Made by a program: the position numbers and the translations under genes. Below the pieces are notes generated by a model, which saw nothing but the letters and a program-made list of their open reading frames with translations, was not told the DNA's origin and did not search any database. This document shows, piece after piece, positions 39,524-48,391 of a stretch of 64,000 bases of DNA. Origin of the DNA: Patescibacteria group bacterium (GTDB taxonomy: Bacteria; Patescibacteriota; Minisyncoccia; Phycocordibacterales; CSBR16-119); the NCBI GenBank assembly GCA_052033715.1, contig JBPOJJ010000002.1, positions 1,676 through 65,675 of the forward strand, written 5' to 3'. Every line of letters starts with the position of its first letter. Position 1 is the first letter of the stretch.

Positions 39524-40309
39524 CTATATCTTAAAGAGATTTTTAACGTTTTGGAGAATTTGGAGACAGGTTTGTTCTAGGTCGAGACCCTTGATTTCGA
39601 CAATCTTCTTCACGACTTCTTCCACCATCCACGGTTCGCAGGTTTGTCCTCTATACGGCACAGGCGTCACAAATGGCGCGTCGGTCTCAGTGAGAATTCG
39701 ATCTATCGGCGCAAGCTTGATGACATCGTCGTAATCTCGAGCAAAAGTAATAACTCCGGTAAACGATAAATAAAATCCTAAATTGAGAAATCGTTGGGCG
39801 ATTTCTGGAGTCCCGACAAAGAAATGTACGTCTCCACGAATATTTTGATCTCGACGAGACTCGAGAATATCAATGACATCTTCGTACGCATCCATCGTCC
39901 CCTTTTGTGGACGGATATGGAGAATGAGCGGGAGATTTTTCTCTATACTCAAATCGATTTGCTTATTAAAAATTTCTTTTTGCTTTTCTTTCGTCGCAAC
40001 ATCACTCGAATCAATTCGGAAATAATCGAGTCCGCATTCACCGATAGCAACAACTTTCTCTCGTCCAGCAAGTTCGCGAAATTTCTCTATATCAAATTCT
40101 TTCTTGTCGGCATCAGATGGATGCAGTCCTACGGAAGCGAATAAATTATCGCTTTCTTTGGTAATTTCTACTGCCTGCGCTGAGGTTTCATAATCAACGC
40201 CGACGGTAATCGTCCCGACTTGTTTTTCAACGAGTATTTTAATTACTTCGTCTTTCTTCTCTAACAAAGGTGAAAGGTTTAGATGAGAATGGATATCAAA
40301 ATATTTCAT
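39524..40309 (-). CDS. tatD: TatD family nuclease
   Basis: DIHSHL, GLHP, IGECGLDY, LHIR, ETDAPF. Confidence 0.93.
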   Translation of the reverse strand: MKYFDIHSHLNLSPLLEKKDEVIKILVEKQVGTITVGVDYETSAQAVEITKESDNLFASVGLHPSDADKKEFDIEKFRELAGREKVVAIGECGLDYFRIDSSDVATKEKQKEIFNKQIDLSIEKNLPLILHIRPQKGTMDAYEDVIDILESRRDQNIRGDVHFFVGTPEIAQRFLNLGFYLSFTGVITFARDYDDVIKLAPIDRILTETDAPFVTPVPYRGQTCEPWMVEEVVKKIVEIKGLDLEQTCLQILQNVKNLFKI

Positions 40310-40310
40310 C

Positions 40311-41732
40311 TTAGTCTTTACGCAAAAATAGTGGAATTTCTGGCTTCTTGTTTTCTTTTATAAACTTTTCAATTTTGGCAGAAGTTTCTGGAATAAATGG
40401 TCGAAGAGTCACAGCGATGTTTGCCAAGCGCTTAACACATTCTCTGATAATTTCTTTACCGCTCTCTTCGTCGGTTTTTATGACCGAGAAAGGCTTTGTG
40501 TCGTTGATGTATTTATCAAGTTCCGATATTGTTCCACGAATTTTTTCTATTGTCTTCTGAATATCGAAATTTTCAATCACATTAGCATAAGCCGGTATGT
40601 CCGTAATTGGTTCAATATATTTTTCAGACAAAGTAAGGATTCGACTCGCTAGATTTCCTAGGCCATTGGCCAAATTTGCGTTGTAACCATCCTTGAAACG
40701 AGCAAGTGTAAAAGGACTATCTTCGAAACTCGATACTTCCGTGAGAAGAAACATTCGCAGGGCATCTGTACCATATTCTTTAGCTATTTCTAATGGATCA
40801 ACGACGTTGCCCAAAGTCTTGGACATTCTGATTCCTCCCTCACCCGTAATGAAACCATTCACCACAATGTTGTGTGAATTTGGCAATTCGGCGGCCAAAA
40901 GCATGGCCTGCCAAATAACACCCTGAAATCTAGTGTTGTCTTTGCCGCAGTATTGAACAGGGTTTCCATCTTTCCAATATTTATTAAAGGTCTCAATATC
41001 CTCTGGCCACCCTAAAGTTGAGATGTAATTCGAAAGCGCGTCAAACCAAACATACATGACTTGCGAATCATCGCCCGGAACCGGCACACCCCAAGACATT
41101 TTTTCTTTCAATCGCGAAATCGAGAAGTCTTCCAGGCCACGAGAAACGAAAGCTTTCATCTCGTTGTAGCGAAATTCCGGAACAATGAAATTTGGATTAG
41201 CGTCGTAAAACGCGAGCAGTTTTTCTTGGAGAGCCGAGAGCTTAAAGAAATAATTTTCTTCGTTAATAAGTTCAATTTTAACTCCCGGATGAAGTGGGCA
41301 TTCACCACCCACTAATTCTGAATCTGTTTTTTCACTTTCACAACCAACACAATATTTTGCTTGGTAAGATTTTTTGTAGATATAACCGTTGTCTGAAACA
41401 ATGCCCCAAAACTGTTGTGCGGCTTTTATATGATGCTCGTCTGTAGTACGAATGAAGTGCGCCGAACTAGTTATTCCGAAAGCGTCGACTTGGCTTTTGA
41501 AAACCTTAAACGCTTCATCGACAAAGATTTGAGGGTCTTTACCAGCGGCAACAGCTTTGGTGTAAATCTTCTGGCCGTGCTCATCTGTTCCGGTATTGAA
41601 AAACACGTCGTGTCCTAGAAGTTCCATGTGACGCGCAATCGCATCAGCACGAACAAACTCAAGCGCATGACCCATATGGAGAGGCGCATTAACATAAGGC
41701 AAAGTTGTCGTGACATAAACTGGTTTTTTCAT
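40311..41732 (-). CDS. metG: methionine--tRNA ligase
   Basis: PYVN..LHMGH, GTDEHG, YVWFDAL, RMSKT. Confidence 0.95.
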   Translation of the reverse strand: MKKPVYVTTTLPYVNAPLHMGHALEFVRADAIARHMELLGHDVFFNTGTDEHGQKIYTKAVAAGKDPQIFVDEAFKVFKSQVDAFGITSSAHFIRTTDEHHIKAAQQFWGIVSDNGYIYKKSYQAKYCVGCESEKTDSELVGGECPLHPGVKIELINEENYFFKLSALQEKLLAFYDANPNFIVPEFRYNEMKAFVSRGLEDFSISRLKEKMSWGVPVPGDDSQVMYVWFDALSNYISTLGWPEDIETFNKYWKDGNPVQYCGKDNTRFQGVIWQAMLLAAELPNSHNIVVNGFITGEGGIRMSKTLGNVVDPLEIAKEYGTDALRMFLLTEVSSFEDSPFTLARFKDGYNANLANGLGNLASRILTLSEKYIEPITDIPAYANVIENFDIQKTIEKIRGTISELDKYINDTKPFSVIKTDEESGKEIIRECVKRLANIAVTLRPFIPETSAKIEKFIKENKKPEIPLFLRKD

Positions 41733-41739
41733 ATGAATA

Positions 41740-42795
41740 CTAGGCGTTCATGACTCGTTTCTTCTCGAAATCCTTTACGTATTCAAGAATCGTCACCGCC
41801 ACCGGCACCGCGAGAATAAGTCCCCAAAATCCAGCAAGTTGTACCCCTATCAAAACCGACAAAATAACAACGAGCGGAGAAATCCCCGTCATCTTGTTCA
41901 TCACGACGGGCGCAATAAAATAACCTTCTATTTGTTGAATGAGTATGTAGAGCGCCGCCACCATTATTGCAAGCGATACTCCTCCCGAAGCGAAGCCGAA
42001 AGAGACCGCCGGAATGGCTGCCAAAAATATTCCAAAGGGAATAAGTTCGAACAATCCCGCAAGCACCGCCAAAAGAAGTGCGTGATCAACTTTCAAAAGT
42101 GTCAAACCGATGAATGTTAGAACACCGATAACAAGTCCCAAGAAAAGCTGTCCCTGCATCCAGCGAGCAATTTTTGCCTGTGACCTATTCCATAAACCAA
42201 TGATATATTCTTCGCGCTCAATCGGAGAAAGTATTCGAAGAAATGACTCGATACCGTCGCTTGAAACCGACAAATAGAAAGAAATGACGACGACCAGAAC
42301 GACGTTGAGCAAGCTTCCAAAGAGCGCCGACAAAGTACTGCCGAATCCGGACGCTACCACTCCTAGGAAACTACTGAAATGATTGATGATTCCTGACAAT
42401 TGAACACCCTGAGCAATAACCCCCGAGCCTTCGGTCACAGCTAAATCAACTGTTTCGATAGGCACCGCTCCGGGTAAAAGTTTTGAAATGACCGGAATAA
42501 GATTTGAGATTTCGGTTAGAAGTATTGGTAGGAAGAAATAGATAAGTCCGGTAATTACCAAGAAAGTCAAAAGATACATAACAGCGATTGAGAGAATTCT
42601 GGTGATTCCAAGTCGTCTTTTTAAACTCGCCGCGGCGGTACGAATGAAGCTCGCAAGTACAACGGAAGTCATCACGACAAAAACCAAGCTTTTTAGAGTA
42701 AAAAGAAGCCAGGCAACCAGCCCGATTAAAACGACGTTTCTTATCGTCTTGGAACTTATATTGACGTTATAGACTTTTTCGCCCTTGTTTGACAT
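41740..42795 (-). CDS. AI-2E family transporter
   Basis: GQL, LIPF.G, QQIEG...P, GLILAVP motifs. Confidence 0.88.
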   Translation of the reverse strand: MSNKGEKVYNVNISSKTIRNVVLIGLVAWLLFTLKSLVFVVMTSVVLASFIRTAAASLKRRLGITRILSIAVMYLLTFLVITGLIYFFLPILLTEISNLIPVISKLLPGAVPIETVDLAVTEGSGVIAQGVQLSGIINHFSSFLGVVASGFGSTLSALFGSLLNVVLVVVISFYLSVSSDGIESFLRILSPIEREEYIIGLWNRSQAKIARWMQGQLFLGLVIGVLTFIGLTLLKVDHALLLAVLAGLFELIPFGIFLAAIPAVSFGFASGGVSLAIMVAALYILIQQIEGYFIAPVVMNKMTGISPLVVILSVLIGVQLAGFWGLILAVPVAVTILEYVKDFEKKRVMNA

Positions 42796-42828
42796 TGATT
42801 CTAATATAGCAATTTTCTAGAGCTTTTG

Positions 42829-44154
42829 CTATTTGAGGTTTTCAGTGAAATAAGTTGCGAGCTCAGAGATTTTTATTCTTTCCTGTAGGGCGGTGTCTCG
42901 GAAACGCACGGTGACAGATTCGTCATCGAGAGATTCGAAGTCAATGACGACACAAAAAGGTGTGCCGATCTCATCCTGCTTCTTGTAACGCTTGCCAATA
43001 TTTCCATTATCGTCCCAGACGACATTTCCAAAAACTTCTTTTAGCTCGGCAAAGACATTCTCGGCCTTGGAAACGAGTTCTGATTTATTCTTCAAAAGTG
43101 GAGAGACGCAAATTTTATAAGGCGCGATTTTTGGATGAAGAGCCAAGTATATTCTGATGTCGTCTCCCTCGCCCGATTCACGATAAGCCGATACTAGAAG
43201 CGCCAGAATTGTACGATCGAGTCCAAAGGATGGTTCAATGACATGTGGGGTCAAAACTTCTACACCCTCTTCACCCTGGAAACGATATTCAAGTTTTTCA
43301 CCAGAACTTTCGGAGTGTCGATCAAGATCGTAGCTGCCACGATAAGCAAGGCCGTAGAGTTCTTTCTGACCAAACGGATATTCGAATTCGAAATCAACAG
43401 TGCGTGATGAGTAATGGGCTCGATCGCCATCGGGAATTTCGATGTCGTGAACCTTGTTCATGTCGAGTCCGACTGATTCCATCCACTCAAGGATTTCATC
43501 TTTCCAATATTCAAAATGTTTGGACCATTCATCCGGACGGACGAAGTATTCTATTTCCATTTGTTCCATTTCACGCAAACGGAAGATAAAATCGCGTGGC
43601 GTGATCTCGTTTCGGAAAGCCTTGCCGACCTGAGCGATACCAAATGGAAGTTTCGGCTGCATCGAATCCATCACGTTCTTGAAGTTCACGAAAATTCCTT
43701 GAGCGGTTTCAGGACGCAGATACGATGTAGCCGCGGAATCTTCGGCCGCACCGACTTTTGTCTCGAGCATCATATTAAACTGACGAACTTCTCCAAATCC
43801 TCCACCACACGATGGGCACTTGTCGGAGTCTAGTTGATCGGCGCGAAATCTTTTGTTACATTTTTTGCATTCGACGAGAGGATCAGAGAAGTGATCGACG
43901 TGACCAGTCGCTTGCCAAACTTTTTGGTTCATGAGAATAGCCGCGTTTACCATATGCATATCACGGCGAGAGTGGACGAATTTACGTTTCCAGGATTCGA
44001 CGACGTTGTCGCGAAGAAGGGCACCCAATGGACCGTAGTCATAGGTTCCGGCCAATCCCCCGTAGATCTCGGACCCAGGAAAAACAAAACCGCGTCTTTT
44101 GCACAAAGACGTAATCTTTTGCATCAAGTCATCTTGCTTATTGGATGGTGTCAT
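42829..44154 (-). CDS. glyQS: glycine--tRNA ligase (alpha2 type)
   Basis: YDYGPLG, LRPETAQG, FRNEITP, EPSFG; TATAAT-N7-ATG favours start 44154 over 44163. Confidence 0.95.
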   Translation of the reverse strand: MTPSNKQDDLMQKITSLCKRRGFVFPGSEIYGGLAGTYDYGPLGALLRDNVVESWKRKFVHSRRDMHMVNAAILMNQKVWQATGHVDHFSDPLVECKKCNKRFRADQLDSDKCPSCGGGFGEVRQFNMMLETKVGAAEDSAATSYLRPETAQGIFVNFKNVMDSMQPKLPFGIAQVGKAFRNEITPRDFIFRLREMEQMEIEYFVRPDEWSKHFEYWKDEILEWMESVGLDMNKVHDIEIPDGDRAHYSSRTVDFEFEYPFGQKELYGLAYRGSYDLDRHSESSGEKLEYRFQGEEGVEVLTPHVIEPSFGLDRTILALLVSAYRESGEGDDIRIYLALHPKIAPYKICVSPLLKNKSELVSKAENVFAELKEVFGNVVWDDNGNIGKRYKKQDEIGTPFCVVIDFESLDDESVTVRFRDTALQERIKISELATYFTENLK

Positions 44155-46036
44155 TCTCTGCATTATAATTACTATCGAGATTTAGTCTAGTCGTGATCGG
44201 TTGCATGTTTTTGGTGAGATCGGCATTGGCAAACGCATCCTTGGCCGTCAAGAAAATATTCGTCACAAGATTGACCACTGATCCTGTCTGCGAACTTGCT
44301 GGATTTAGTCTAACTTGGAAGTACAAAGTGGTCGGAGCCGCCGAGCCGCTCGAAGCTTCGATGTTTCCGGCATCCCAGATGACTTCGTGACTGGCCGGAT
44401 CATAAGTAACTTTGGCACTTTGCGGACTCCAATTATCCATCCATTCAACATAGAAAGGCAAAACTCCATGGACTTTGGTATTGGTTAAACGACTAGTACT
44501 ACCAGAAATGTTCCAAACAACCGTATAGGTCGTCGGAGATCCAGCTTTTGCGGGCAATCCCCCACTATTTGTAAATGGTCCCGAGTAATACAAAGCATTC
44601 CCAGTCACGCCACTTGAACTTGAGTACTTAACTTTTTTCCTTATGTAATCGTTAATAGTCTGGAAAGAATTACCAAGGGATGACTGACGTCCTCGGACAC
44701 TAACATTGATATTTATTTCTGGATTTTTTATATTTGTTCCATTCAAAGACACTGGTTTAAATTTAAAGTCTAGATCACCTCGTTTACCTGGATCGATATT
44801 GGCCAAGTCGGGTGTGGTCTGGCTATTCCAAACAATTGACTGATTGGTCGCGTCATAGAACCCTCCACTATTGAGCTGAACAGAGTTTGGATCAAAGGCG
44901 TTGCCCGAGAATTTCGCCGTGATTTCGACATCCGTCATTTTTGAATCCAAATTGTTTTCGTAATTTATTTCTGCTTGAGCATACTGACCGGAAAGCGCCG
45001 AAACTTCTGGAGCGGTGTTTCCATTGACCGCCAGCCTCAAGTCGAGAAACGGTTTGGCAATCGACAAGATGTAGTCTTGGGAATTAAACTGTGTGCCAAT
45101 TCTTTGTTCGTTTTCAAGATTGGCTGTTCCGGTCGTAATATTGAAAGCACGTTGTTCTCCAGGATCGGCGACCAAGACACCATGGATGGAAATCACTTTC
45201 TCAGCGCCTTTGGCCAAATCTCCCAATGCCCAAATGTTATCAGAAAAAGTTGGCTCTGGTGTAGCCTCTTTAAAATCAAAGCCTGGTGGATAATTCACAA
45301 CAATCATGACACCTTCCACAGACTTCTCGGTATTTAAACTCGCCGTTACATCAAACTTAAGATCTTGATTCGAATTGGCAACCGTCGGCCCGTCAACGAT
45401 AAGTGTAATTGGATTTGAAGAAATATTTACGACATAGGGTTTCTGCTTGATGAAAATGGCACTTGAGCCGTGCACACGATACTCGAGTGTAATGTTCACA
45501 TCTCTAGTTGTTCCCTGTGCGCCAAAAAGTGTTAGCGTTACAAGTTTTTCAACCATTCCACCGGCCGGGATTGTACCGACAGTCGTTCTATCGCTTTGGA
45601 TTGATTCCCCGCCACCCGAGCCTTTCTGATATTCCAAAATCAAGTCAGCGTATTCAAGCGCAACATTGTTTCTGTTTGAAAATTGGATCTTGAGCGGAAG
45701 TTCTTCGCCACCCGATACGAAAGCGTTACCTAAAATATTTATTTCGATATTGTCTGCCGAAACTGTATTTCGTCCACCAAAAAACATGACCGCACCGAAT
45801 CCCAAAGAAAGAATAAAAAATGCGATGGCTCCGAAAAAAAACTTTCGGAACATTGTGTTTTCGAGAACGTTTTTCCTTCTCTTTATCTGGGCAGGGGCTT
45901 CCTTTTTCCATTCCGAAGAAACAAGAGGTTCTTCTTGGTAAACTTCGCCACGCGGACGGAGATTTATGTCTTTGGTTTTTGGGCTATAGAGCTTCTCTTT
46001 GAGACGCTCTATATGGCTTTTTTTCTTCGGAGGCAT
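44138..46036 (-). CDS. membrane-anchored extracellular protein with repeated Ig-like (DUF11-like) domains
   Basis: single N-terminal transmembrane helix, repeated W..G.L..G and N-rich beta segments. Confidence 0.65.
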   Translation of the reverse strand: MPPKKKSHIERLKEKLYSPKTKDINLRPRGEVYQEEPLVSSEWKKEAPAQIKRRKNVLENTMFRKFFFGAIAFFILSLGFGAVMFFGGRNTVSADNIEINILGNAFVSGGEELPLKIQFSNRNNVALEYADLILEYQKGSGGGESIQSDRTTVGTIPAGGMVEKLVTLTLFGAQGTTRDVNITLEYRVHGSSAIFIKQKPYVVNISSNPITLIVDGPTVANSNQDLKFDVTASLNTEKSVEGVMIVVNYPPGFDFKEATPEPTFSDNIWALGDLAKGAEKVISIHGVLVADPGEQRAFNITTGTANLENEQRIGTQFNSQDYILSIAKPFLDLRLAVNGNTAPEVSALSGQYAQAEINYENNLDSKMTDVEITAKFSGNAFDPNSVQLNSGGFYDATNQSIVWNSQTTPDLANIDPGKRGDLDFKFKPVSLNGTNIKNPEININVSVRGRQSSLGNSFQTINDYIRKKVKYSSSSGVTGNALYYSGPFTNSGGLPAKAGSPTTYTVVWNISGSTSRLTNTKVHGVLPFYVEWMDNWSPQSAKVTYDPASHEVIWDAGNIEASSGSAAPTTLYFQVRLNPASSQTGSVVNLVTNIFLTAKDAFANADLTKNMQPITTRLNLDSNYNAENDTIQ

Positions 46037-46062
46037 GGATTAAATTGTAACACGAATTAAAT

Positions 46063-46647
46063 TTACAAAAGCTGGGTCGCACGAAGAGAATTGTTTAACT
46101 CCTTGATTATAGTTTTCTTCGTAGCTTTAATGCGTTCAACAACACTTTCATTGAACGGACTTTTGACCAAATCGTTTTCACTTTGTTTATCTCCCCAATA
46201 ACCAAGGATGTGTAGAATTTTTAGCGCGATCAGGGCTTCGATACTTTCCAGATCTTCAATTTTTGGATGCGTAGATGATGTATAGGTATAAGCAGCGACA
46301 AGTTCATGAAAAAGTTCTGCCAGTGGTTCACCTTCTGGAGAGAGCTTCCCCACCAACTGCAAACTTCGAATACGCGATGACGTTGTAAGAGACTTCCTAG
46401 AATTAAGTTCGTGGATTGGTCTAGCTGAAACAAGTCGCCAATAATTTTTACCCTTCACCAGACTCGCATCTATGTATTTGAAATCTTGGACGAAGAATCG
46501 CAGACGCGATTCGACTTTCCTGATACCTGTTGCCTTGGCAGTAATGACACCAAAGTCTTTGGTGAAAAGTCGATATGTTTTATCAGCTTCACCAGAGTTT
46601 CTACTGGAGATAACAAATGCTTCGGTATTGTAAATAGTGTGAGACAT
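46063..46647 (-). CDS. recO: DNA repair protein RecO (short form)
   Basis: T.AFVI.SR..GEADK...LFT..FG.I.A.A.G.RK..SRL OB-fold. Confidence 0.85.
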   Translation of the reverse strand: MSHTIYNTEAFVISSRNSGEADKTYRLFTKDFGVITAKATGIRKVESRLRFFVQDFKYIDASLVKGKNYWRLVSARPIHELNSRKSLTTSSRIRSLQLVGKLSPEGEPLAELFHELVAAYTYTSSTHPKIEDLESIEALIALKILHILGYWGDKQSENDLVKSPFNESVVERIKATKKTIIKELNNSLRATQLL

Positions 46648-46684
46648 GTCCCTAATTATACTTTATTTCTACTTTCGTAATGAA

Positions 46685-46713
46685 TTGACACAATTCGTCC
46701 ATTCATATAGAGT
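46685..46713 (+). promoter_or_regulatory. promoter of EamA-like cassette 1
   Basis: TTGACA-N17-TAGAGT. Confidence 0.7.
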
Positions 46714-46732
46714 TTCGAACAAACGACCCCCC

Positions 46733-47158
46733 ATGAGATTCGCCACCTTCTTCATAGTACTGGTGACCGCCATCTGCTTCGCTGTCTACCCGGTGTTTGG
46801 GAGACACAGCGGCGCTTCTACCAATTGGATGAGGGCTGTAACAGCTGTTTCAACCATCATCATCGTCTTGGCCTTCCAAGCGAAGAACCCCTACGGTCCA
46901 ATGCCTGCAGGTAAAGAGCTCCTGTTTCTGGTCTTGGCCGGAATTACCGCCGGAATAGGGACCCTCTACTTTGGCAAACTTTACGCCATTGAAACAGTTC
47001 AAGGATTGTCTGTGTCGATACCGCTCGTTTCGATACTGACGATTTGCCTAAACGGACTACTATCTAGATTTTTCTTCCACGAACAAATAAGTTGGAGGAT
47101 GGGTCTTGGCTACCTCCTGGCTTGCGCAGCCATCTGGCTAATCGCTAGCAAGAAGTAG
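46733..47158 (+). CDS. EamA/DMT-like 5-TM membrane protein (cassette class)
   Basis: five hydrophobic helices, FFHE.IS....G..L; ATG follows aaacgacccccc. Confidence 0.7.
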   Translation: MRFATFFIVLVTAICFAVYPVFGRHSGASTNWMRAVTAVSTIIIVLAFQAKNPYGPMPAGKELLFLVLAGITAGIGTLYFGKLYAIETVQGLSVSIPLVSILTICLNGLLSRFFFHEQISWRMGLGYLLACAAIWLIASKK

Positions 47159-47175
47159 CCCGCACAACATCATTG

Positions 47176-47199
47176 CAAAGGGGCCGTAAGGCCCCTTTG
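47176..47199. terminator. bidirectional terminator
   Basis: caaaggggcc-gtaa-ggcccctttg. Confidence 0.8.
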
Positions 47200-47210
47200 A
47201 TGTTTTTATT

Positions 47211-47849
47211 TTAGAATTCTTCTTCTTTTCCTATTTCGGGTATTTTGTAAGCAATATTGTTTTTTTCGAGAAACGTTGGTGGAATCTTGGAAAGAAATGC
47301 CGCACTTTTAATATTCCAGTCATGAACTGGGAAACAGATTCTAGGAGCGAGAGCAATCGCATAATCAATTGAGTCTTTTATCCGCAGCCATGGCGCGAGA
47401 ACGGGTAGAGCTAAAATGTCTACAGGCTTGCCCGGATTCACAAAAGCATCTCCAGGATAAAACAATTTGTTGTCGAAAAAGTATCCAGTATTTTGAACCA
47501 TTCCGAAGTCTTCGTAAATTTCTGCGTGCTGATCACCGTGCCCCTCGAGATGAACTCCGGCAAAATCTCCATTTTCACCATCTTCGAGTTTTTGATATTT
47601 TATTCCAGCTTCGTCGAGAAGCTTCCCCACTCCCGTATTTGTCACAACGATTGCGGTTGGATTATTCGTGAGAATATTTTTCAATGAATCAACGTGGATA
47701 TGATCGGCGTGTTCATGAGTAATAACAACCACATCAATATTTCGTTCGAGTTCTTGTTCGGAAATTGTATAAGATCCAGGATCAGTCATAATCCTTTTGC
47801 CATTACTTTCTATCACCAAACAACAATGTCCTAACTTTTTTATTTTCAT
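47211..47849 (-). CDS. MBL-fold metallo-hydrolase (UlaG-like)
   Basis: LGHCC, TDPG, THEHADH, YPGD, PVH. Confidence 0.88.
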   Translation of the reverse strand: MKIKKLGHCCLVIESNGKRIMTDPGSYTISEQELERNIDVVVITHEHADHIHVDSLKNILTNNPTAIVVTNTGVGKLLDEAGIKYQKLEDGENGDFAGVHLEGHGDQHAEIYEDFGMVQNTGYFFDNKLFYPGDAFVNPGKPVDILALPVLAPWLRIKDSIDYAIALAPRICFPVHDWNIKSAAFLSKIPPTFLEKNNIAYKIPEIGKEEEF

Positions 47850-47878
47850 AAAAACATTTTAACAGGCGCTTAAACTAT

Positions 47879-47907
47879 TTGACAAATCCAAATATGTATG
47901 CTAGTTT
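47879..47907 (+). promoter_or_regulatory. promoter of EamA-like cassette 2
   Basis: TTGACA-N17-TAGTTT with an extended TGn. Confidence 0.7.
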
Positions 47908-47927
47908 ACCACACAAACGAGTTCCCG

Positions 47928-48335
47928 ATGAAATACATCCTCTCCCTTGTAGTCGGCCTCCTTTACGGAGGATGGCCAATCCTCGCCAGCAAATCCGGGG
48001 CTAAGCCGTTCTGGATCTCCCTGTCGATATCTCTCATGACGGTCGTAACCATCCTTGTGATGGGAAACAAGAACGTCATGACGAATATCCCGAGCGGTAA
48101 GATGCTCTGGGTACTGGTTATCGCAGGGCTGATGAATGGTGTAGCTACGTGGTACTACGGCCGGCTTGTAGGAACGCCTGGCTGGAACGTGTCCACACTG
48201 GTATCGATATCAATGATGGCCCTCGTCTTGACATCGACAATTGGTGGAATCGTTTTCGACCACCAACCAGCGACCACGAGTAAGCTCATTGGCATAACCT
48301 TGGCGCTACCCGCCATATGGCTCATGTCACGCTGA
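47928..48335 (+). CDS. EamA/DMT-like 5-TM membrane protein, paralog of 46733 (cassette class)
   Basis: similar layout and motifs (P....SG, P.GK.L..LV.AG...G..T.Y.G.L, AIWL). Confidence 0.7.
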   Translation: MKYILSLVVGLLYGGWPILASKSGAKPFWISLSISLMTVVTILVMGNKNVMTNIPSGKMLWVLVIAGLMNGVATWYYGRLVGTPGWNVSTLVSISMMALVLTSTIGGIVFDHQPATTSKLIGITLALPAIWLMSR

Positions 48336-48354
48336 CACAACCCACCCCAAAGCA

Positions 48355-48376
48355 AAGGGCCCCGTAAGGGGTCCTT
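48355..48376. terminator. bidirectional terminator
   Basis: aagggcccc-gtaa-ggggtcctt. Confidence 0.75.
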
Positions 48377-48391
48377 CATGCTTTCTAGTTT

